Part shown: piece after piece, positions 56,590 through 64,000 of the stretch | Layout of the letters: each line of letters opens with the position of its first letter | Position numbering within the stretch: the stretch's first letter is position 1 | Assembly (NCBI GenBank): GCA_951406725.2 | Contig: OX597815.1 | Span: 125,984,001 to 126,048,000 of the forward strand | Length of the DNA: 64,000 bases | Source of the DNA: Octopus vulgaris | Taxonomy: Eukaryota | Direction: 5' to 3' | The notes under the pieces: model-generated | Seen by the model: only the letters and a program-made list of their open reading frames with translations | What the model was told of the DNA's origin: nothing | The model's database searches: none | Translations under genes and position numbers: made by a program

Positions 56590-58012
56590 AGGAGGTCGTA
56601 TAAACTGGGGAAGATACAAACGGTGATGATGCTGAGAGAATAGGACATGGAAATTAGGCGTAACCTACTAGAGGTGAAAACAGCCAGGAGGTGGAAGCAG
56701 AAGCAGAGAATGATGACATCTTGTCTTCCCTTACACACAGAGATATGATGGGTGCAACGCAAAACCATCGGAAAGGACTTGGTTTTGGCGCATATCAGTT
56801 CAGACCATTTGCAAGTATGATGCGGAACGAACGCAAATCTGTTGTTAGCAACAGCGTCAACACGAGGGAAGCAGAGAGAAGAGAGCTTCATTTGATCCGA
56901 TGTATTCAACAAGGACAGATGACGAGATGGGAAGAACATGTTGTTGAGAAGAAAATAAGTTGGGATGAGATATGGAAGTGGACCACATCTTGGCTAAGTT
57001 TTCTGATTCGTCCATCCTATGACGTTTTGCCATCACCTACAAATCTAGTAAGATGGAACGTCTCAGAGAATGACTTATGCAAATGCAGAAAGGTCGGAAC
57101 ACTGAAACATATTCTTCTAGCTGTTCATTAGCATTGAACAGGTATACATGGAGATACAACCTGGTCCTTAAGGTTATCTTCAATGCAATAAAGAACCAAA
57201 TTGATTTCAACAACAGTGAGAAAAAACCGCTGAAAGTACCAACTAGAGATTTCATTACCTTCGTGCGCTCAGGTCAGCGGATCCGTTTCAAGAAGAAGAA
57301 CAAGAAGCTTCCTGTGAGAGATGAAAAGTGGAACGGCTATTGGGAGGTGACCGCAGATTTACCAGTGTGCCAGGGACTCTTTCCCATCCCAGTTATGAAA
57401 AAATCGGACATTTTGATGTGTGAAGGAAACTTATAAATCTAGTCGAGTTAATGGTTCCTCATGAAGATAACATAGATGTCGCACGGGTTCGAAAGATTGA
57501 CCGTTATGTAAACCTCCTCGAGGAATGTGAAGACGCAGGCTAGAAAGCGGAGTATTTTCCAATCGAAGTCGGATTTAGAGGGTTTGTTGGACACAGTGTG
57601 AGACGACTGTTGTTATCGTTAGGCCTAACTCATCGTAAGGTAAAAACCACCATGACCAATATCCAAACTACAGTGAAGAAGGCTAGCTACTGGATTTGGT
57701 TAAAAAGAGACCATGAGCGATGGCTAGAGAAATATTGAGCTGTATTTAATAACTAGTTGATTTAGCAAGCGGGGCCTCATATCAATGAGTGCGCATTGAT
57801 GCCGTCGAGAGGTAGGCCCCGAAACGGCGCGCATTCTCTCCTGATGACCACATACACTTGCTGGCTTCCAGTATGCGGAGTTCTCGACTGGTAGTACTTG
57901 CATGTGTAAATAGTTTGCAAGACACCTCCAGATCAATTTTGCAGTCATGCATCCTGAAATGTGACTTCGGTCATAACTCTGATGGAAGGATGTGCACTAT
58001 TTCAGAATAAAA
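56590..58012 (+). mobile_element. HERO-like RLE non-LTR retrotransposon, 3' part of ORF plus 3' UTR (decayed)
   Basis: KTARRW, RKGLG, QQGQMTRWE...ISW..IWK...FLI...YDVLPSPTNL..W, CKC..GTLKHIL..C (CCHC), RYTWRYN.VL, RLE region ELMVP.E...RK..RY..L, PIEVGFRGF, ASYWIWLKR. Stop at 57736-38; AATAAA at about 58005. Confidence 0.85.
57771..57847 (+). ncRNA. Candidate non-circularly permuted hammerhead ribozyme
   Basis: Core GUC (57804-06), GAAA (57821-24), CUGAUGA (57841-47). Stems I, II and III are all perfectly paired, plus an extra hairpin and a loop pseudoknot (see findings). Confidence 0.7.
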
Positions 58013-60652
58013 TGGTCAGTAATACCTTGAGTTTCTAGCCTTATGTAGGTTAGATGTTGTTTGTCACACTAAAAAAAAGTGGGGTAAAGACCCCTTTCGG
58101 TCATGAATGATGATGGGATTGCACCCAAAAAGTTCCCCTCTGAGGCGCACGTCAAGGCAAGGTTGTTTATGGAAAACCAGCAGTCGCCCAAGCATACCTG
58201 CCTCCCCACTCTACACCATTGGTATTATCCAAGAGAAAGGCAAAGGCCAACACAGCTTGGCACCAATGACGCCGCAGCTCATTTCTACAGTTGAGTGAAC
58301 TGGGACAACATGAAATAAAGTGTCTTGCTCAAGAACACAATATAGAGCCCAGACCGGGAATCAAATTCACTACCTCATGAGACCAACACTCTAACTACTG
58401 AGCTATGCGCTTCATTCTCTGACCACTGAGTCATGCGCTTTCACTTCTATTATTCTGCTTTTAATATACGACACCGAAATTCCAGACACTGATGCTCCAG
58501 AGCATTTTATAATCCGCACTAAATTACGAACAGGAACCATAATTTCCCGCGGTCGCTAGACTAGTCTACCGATTCCTTGCACTGACTAGTTCAGTATTAA
58601 TAAATTGATAATAATATTAATACTGTACAGACATCTGTATTTCATTTAACTATTTAGATAAATTTAACATTTGTTTAATTTAGAGTGTGTTGACCAATAT
58701 GGACACAACACGCCTGATTCGGAAAAATTAATAATCTGGCAAGGCTTCGGAAACAAAGGTTCCCGAAAATCGGTACTGTACGTGTATTTTTAAAAGATTT
58801 TCTTATGAGATCTGAATTAAATCTTAATTGTTCTATCATTGAACTGAAAGTGCTACGGGTTAGTGATGGATAAGCACCCTTATATAAATATCAACTGAAT
58901 CCATCAACTATTTTTCTTTCAAACGGACACCAACTAATCCTCATTCCTTTCCACTGTCATCGCTACCACTGTCACCCACACCATAACTACTGCCGCCACC
59001 ACTACTATCATCACTACCATCGCCTCCACCGCTACCACCAACACTATTACCCGTGGAAACTCTTATTTTTAGACACGGGTTTCTAGGGCTGCCTCCGTTA
59101 ATGTTGGCACGAGGAAGAAGCATGTCTGGTGAGATTGCAGATATGTAAAAACGTGTGCTGTGCACAAGGAAGGAATGTAGGGATGGTGGGGTTCTCTTCA
59201 AGTTTCTTCACTGGCTAAGAGCAGAAGTAAAAATTCTTTAGGGTAGAAAGGGACAGCCTAATGTTTGACTCCTTTTGGGATCGATAAAATAGAGTACCAG
59301 TTAGGTACTGGGTCGATTAGATCAACTAACATTCCCCACCATCATATTTCTGGCCCTGTGTTCATGTTGGAAACTATTATTAATCTAGAGAGAGAGAGAG
59401 AGATTATTAATGTAAGACTCGACAGAGAGAATATTTTTACAGTTTTGGACTACACCTCTTTGTATTCACAGTTTTGTAATTTACCAAAGCTGACTGTGGC
59501 TTTCACCATTCCCAGGTCGATAAAATAAACAATAAACAATTCTCCACAATTCCGAGGCCTTGTTCCATTGTTAGACCTAAATATGAATCTAATTATCATA
59601 TTTTAAGGGCTGCAGTGGGAGGAGCCATTCATTTGTATCTTCTAATATATCAATGATAGTTTGTATGTAAAGAATGGCAGAATGTCAAAAGTCAACAAAG
59701 ACGATAGGCTCCACAGAATAAAACAGTTAGAAGTATTGTACTAATTGAAGGATAAGTCTCAAGACGGGGATGGATTCTTATACTTCAGGAAATGTTAGTT
59801 ATAAATAAATGGCAAAAATTGTCAGGTTCCATAGAGATACAGGAAGATGAATGATATTCTCTCTTCTTAAGAAATATATCTTGTGTCTCATCTCAAGCCG
59901 TGTGCTGGCTGTAGCTTTTGTTATGATAAGTCTATTTCGCTCTCTTACTAAACTTACCTGACACTGCAGGGTTTTTGTAAATATATGTTTGTATGTATGT
60001 GAGTGCGTGCGTATGTGTGCCTGTGCGTTCATGTGTGAGTATGTATGTTGGAATGAGTAGACATCTATATTTGGGTAAGTACATTGGTTAACCTGTATAA
60101 TATTACGCATACATTGTTTTGGACACACACACACGCGCGCTCACACGTACATACATACATGCATGCATACATACATTCATACATACATAATACATACATA
60201 CACACACACACACACATACACACACACACACACACATATATACACATACACCGTATTTACAAACATATACAAACATATATATGTGTGTATGTATGTATGT
60301 ATGTATGTATTCACTATTAACGATAAGAATGAATTTTTCGTAGATAAAACAAGAATATTTCTTCTTACAAGCGTTTAGCAAAGAGCTCAGTGAAATAGAA
60401 AGAATTCAAATAAGAGAGCTATGATATCCATATGTATTATATAAAAGTAGCTTAAACAGACTGATGGGAAAATATATCAATGTACATACATTAAGATTAA
60501 CATATGTATCCTATAAAGCCATCAAATGAACGAGACATGTTCCTTGTAGAATGTTTATCTCAACTAATATTGCAACCCTTCATCAGCAGGGGTTAAGGTG
60601 AACAAAAGGGGAGTAATGCTGGCTTTATATACCTATATCTATAAGTGTCGGT

Positions 60653-61103
60653 CAGTGCTGGATTAACTATTAAGTAAAATAAGCACGAGCCTAGAGCATC
60701 AAGAGAGTAAAATAAGCACGTGCTTAGAGCATCTAAGCACAAAAATGTTAAATGGTTTACGTAAACTATAGAAATGATAGATGATTTACGGCACAAAAGA
60801 AATCACTTTAAACTTGCTAAAATAATATTCGAGATGCCATTATCTCTACTAAGTATAGATGCAGATGTGTTACCTAAGATTAATTTTGAGGATCTTATCA
60901 AAGACTTTGCAATTCAAAAAAGTAGGAGGAAACTTTTCAAATATAAAGTTGAAATATACAAAAATAAGCACTATTTCCCCTCTTACTGTTTTGTTTCGTT
61001 TTGAAAAATAAAAATTTATTTTATTTTGAATTACATAATCTTTTATGAAGGCACCAACATCTTTTAAGTGCTCAGGGCCTCGATGGGTCTTAATTTGGCC
61101 CTT
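60653..61103 (+). mobile_element. Non-autonomous hAT deletion derivative
   Basis: Perfect 8-bp TSD GTGTCGGT (60645-52, 61104-11). Imperfect TIRs cagtgctggattaa / ttaatttggccctt. Retains the transposase C-terminus LSLLSIDADVLPKINFEDLIKDFAIQKSRRKL. Confidence 0.9.
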
Positions 61104-61501
61104 GTGTCGGTGTTTATTTGTCCTGCAATAACTACACAGTTTTTCAATGAATGTTTTTCAAAATTTCTATTCCTAGTTATGAAGAATAAAAACGAGATGG
61201 AAGGCCTTCCCAGGGTATTACATGTATATTTCATTATCTGTACCCTCAACTTGGCATACACCTAGAATGATGTATACCTTAGTGTTCGACACTTTCCCAG
61301 GATAACAATAAATGTTCGTAGTCGTCCTTGCATACAAACAGTCATTCGATTTCTTCGATCTCAGTGAACGCTTTATAACAAATATGACTGTCTTTCTCAG
61401 ATTAAAAATTAAAATATAAATCTTCGTGTAAATTAAATGATTTAGTTTTAACAAAAAATTGTTCCAGCATATATTACAAATCTGGCAATGCTTTCTCACC
61501 C

Positions 61502-61574
<73 letters not shown>

Positions 61575-61809
61575 TCATCTAGAAAAGCAGCTTAGACCCC
61601 ACTACATGTCTGAATTCAAGAACTGAACTTTTCGGATCATGCTCACACGTGGCCGAATATTTGTTACGTTTTTGGTTCCCCCGAGACTACAGATAAAACT
61701 TGCTTTCTATATTGTGTCCACGCACAAGCTCTTTATCTCTTTATACTTTTCACTTATATTTCTTATATATTTTTATTTATATTTTTTATACATATATTTC
61801 TTACATATT

Positions 61810-62220
61810 TATTGAGATATTGGTTTATAGGTTTATCGCTTATATATTTTTTATACATTTTTCCTGTATTCTACCTTCCACCCTGCATTTTCCCTGTGCG
61901 TATAAAGACGTGTATATGGATTCTTTTGTTCGCGCGTGTGTATGTGTGTGTATGTGCGGGTATGTGCGTATATAGATATGTGTGGATATGTGCGTGTGTG
62001 CGTGCATGCGAGTATGTGCGTATATAGACGTGTTTTACTCAGTGTTTTTACATATTTTCCTGTATTTTTGCCTTTAACCCTGTTTTTTCTCGTGTATGAT
62101 CTTTTTGGGCGTGCGTATGCGAATGCGTATATAGACGTGTGTGGGTATGTGCGTATATAGGCATGTGTGCGTGCGTGAATACGGGTATGTGCGTATATAG
62201 ACATGGTTTACTCTTTGTAC
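61810..62220. repeat. Imperfect tandem duplication of a ~190-bp T-rich/(TG)-rich unit
   Basis: The tacat(a/t)ttttcctgtatt...accctg...tttt...cgtgt...gggtatgtgcgtatatag blocks recur at about 61850 and 62050. Confidence 0.6.
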
Positions 62221-62455
62221 ACTCCCTTAGATGAATGTATACTTTTAGGCGCACGTACGTGAGTGTGCGGGCGCGCACGTGTAGGTATGAACATGCGCGC
62301 TTACGCGAATACTATGAACTTTTTACCCCCTTACTTTTACTCCCTTCTCTCACTTAGCGGTCATTCAAATAGCTCTTTTGTCTTAATAACGGTCAATCAC
62401 ACAGTAATTTCCCTTTGTATAACGGTCATTTTTCATAATATTTTGCCGATGGTGG

Positions 62456-62516
62456 GATAACTGAAGAGATAGCGGCGTGGATTTCCACCTCGGCATCCGA
62501 AACTCGGAGTTTTATC
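62456..62516 (+). ncRNA. Minimal type I hammerhead ribozyme (Penelope-like), partly degenerate
   Basis: GAUAA-CUGAAGA-[stem II ending GCAUCC]-GAAAC-UCGGA-GUU-UUAUC. Stem I GAUAA/UUAUC; near-palindromic stem III. Confidence 0.6.
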
Positions 62517-62551
62517 ATGGCTACCGATTAATTGTCACATATTACATTTAC

Positions 62552-62596
<45 letters not shown>

Positions 62597-62599
<3 letters not shown>

Positions 62600-63012
62600 C
62601 AAAAATCAATGTGGATGACAGATTATCGTAAGTCAAGTTCCTTTACCATGGGAATACGAAATACTTAAAAAGTTCATCGAGATGTTAGGTTTCAAGCGCT
62701 CCAATATTACAATCTAAAGAAAAGCAGTAATACATAACATTATGATCGTTTTGAGGAATGCGTTTTTATTGGGCGAGTTTTCCAGCCTATACAAATAGTC
62801 GCATTTCTCTCATGCGACTGTTGTATCGACTGGAAAACTCGCCCAATACAAATGCATTCCTCGAAACGATCGTAAGGTTATGCAATACTGCTTTTCTTTG
62901 ATTTGTAATATTGGAGCGCTTGAAACCTAACATCTCGATGGACTTTTTATGTATTCTCCTGATAAAGGAACTTGACCTACGATAATCTGTCATCCACTTT
63001 GATTTTTGTTAT
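62597..63012. repeat. Foldback inverted repeat in (TA)n context
   Basis: ~205-bp arms with a loop of under 10 nt at about 62805-62811, e.g. catcgagatgttaggtttcaagcgctccaatattacaa and its exact reverse complement. Confidence 0.92.
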
Positions 63013-63388
63013 ATTTTGCTCATATTGAGCAATAATTAGGTTTGCTGCAACAAAAGTTTTCCTTTTTTCTTATTATGTATATATATATATATATATTCTT
63101 TTATTCTTCTGTTTTAGTCATTTGACTGCGGCCATGCTGGAACACCGCCTTTAGTAGAGCAAATCGACACCAGGACTTAGTCTTTGTAAGCCGTGTACTT
63201 ATTTTATCGATATCTTTTGCCGAACTGCTAAGTTACAGGGACATAAACACACCAGTATCGGTTGTCAAGCGATGTTCGGACACACGCACGCGCACATAGT
63301 AGAAGGCCCAAGGTGCCACGAAGTGAGACTGAACCCGGAGCCATGTGGTTAGTAAGCAAGTTACTTACCACACAGCCACTCCTCCGCC

Positions 63389-63476
<88 letters not shown>

Positions 63477-63659
63477 AATCTATACACATACATACATGCA
63501 TGTATAACCCTGCTTATATATAATATTACAGGTTACATATATTACATCACACCTTGATATAGTATGAACGGAGGTCCTCGTTGACGGACCCCTTATATTA
63601 AAGAAAGAGTTACTGGATTTGTTGAGCATATCGTCTGCTTGCTTCTCTGCGTTTGTTCA

Positions 63660-63719
63660 AACAGATATAGACGCCTCTGATGAGAATGCAATAAGGTTCG
63701 AAAATCGATTAAGTCTGTT
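63660..63719 (+). ncRNA. Minimal hammerhead ribozyme core (Penelope-like), degenerate stem I
   Basis: CUGAUGA (63677-83), stem II GAAU/GUUC, GAAA (63700-03), palindromic AAUCGAUU, UUA site, distal stem I AACAGAU/GUCUGUU. Confidence 0.5.
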
Positions 63720-64000
63720 CATTATCAGTTTCAATCTGCGCAGGAAATAGTAAGATTTTGCCCTTTTTGTATATCTACTACATTGTACATCTACTACATT
63801 GCTGCCCCCCCCCACCACCACACACACATACACACGTGCATATATGGTTGTAACAGCTACTACCATAATTCAAATTTCATGATTCCAGTCGTCGAATCTG
63901 ATGATCGCAAAATGAAATTCGAATAGCTAGATGTGAGGTACTAGTTGCTATGGTGTTAGGTGCCAGGCATCTTGTCATTAGACAATTAGTGAAAAGATAA

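Overview
AT-rich, repeat-dense animal genomic DNA. The SINE/RTE repertoire and microsatellite load look like an octopus (coleoid cephalopod) genome; this is an inference from recognised repeat types. The only host gene I can support is the mitochondrial dicarboxylate carrier SLC25A10 on the minus strand: coding exon 1 at 22841-22939, exon 2 at 2623-2742, a ~20.1 kb intron 1, and the rest off-window to the left. The remainder is mostly transposon debris: tRNA-derived SINEs, RTE/CR1/R4/Tx1/HERO LINE fragments, a decayed Rep/PIF1 Helitron, non-autonomous Helitrons, hAT/piggyBac-like MITEs, Gypsy-type LTRs, three long foldbacks and a 2.1 kb array of a 25-bp unit. The most notable signal is at 57771-57847, just 3' of a HERO-like retrotransposon ORF. 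It is a complete hammerhead ribozyme core whose segments are in a non-circularly permuted, multiply pseudoknotted order. Three further minimal (Penelope-type) hammerhead cores occur, one inside a tRNA-headed SINE. A CpG-depleted block at ~30.8-43.5 kb suggests an unannotated methylated transcription unit. All RNA structures were paired by eye, not computed, and almost all ORFs in the supplied track are microsatellite or repeat artefacts.
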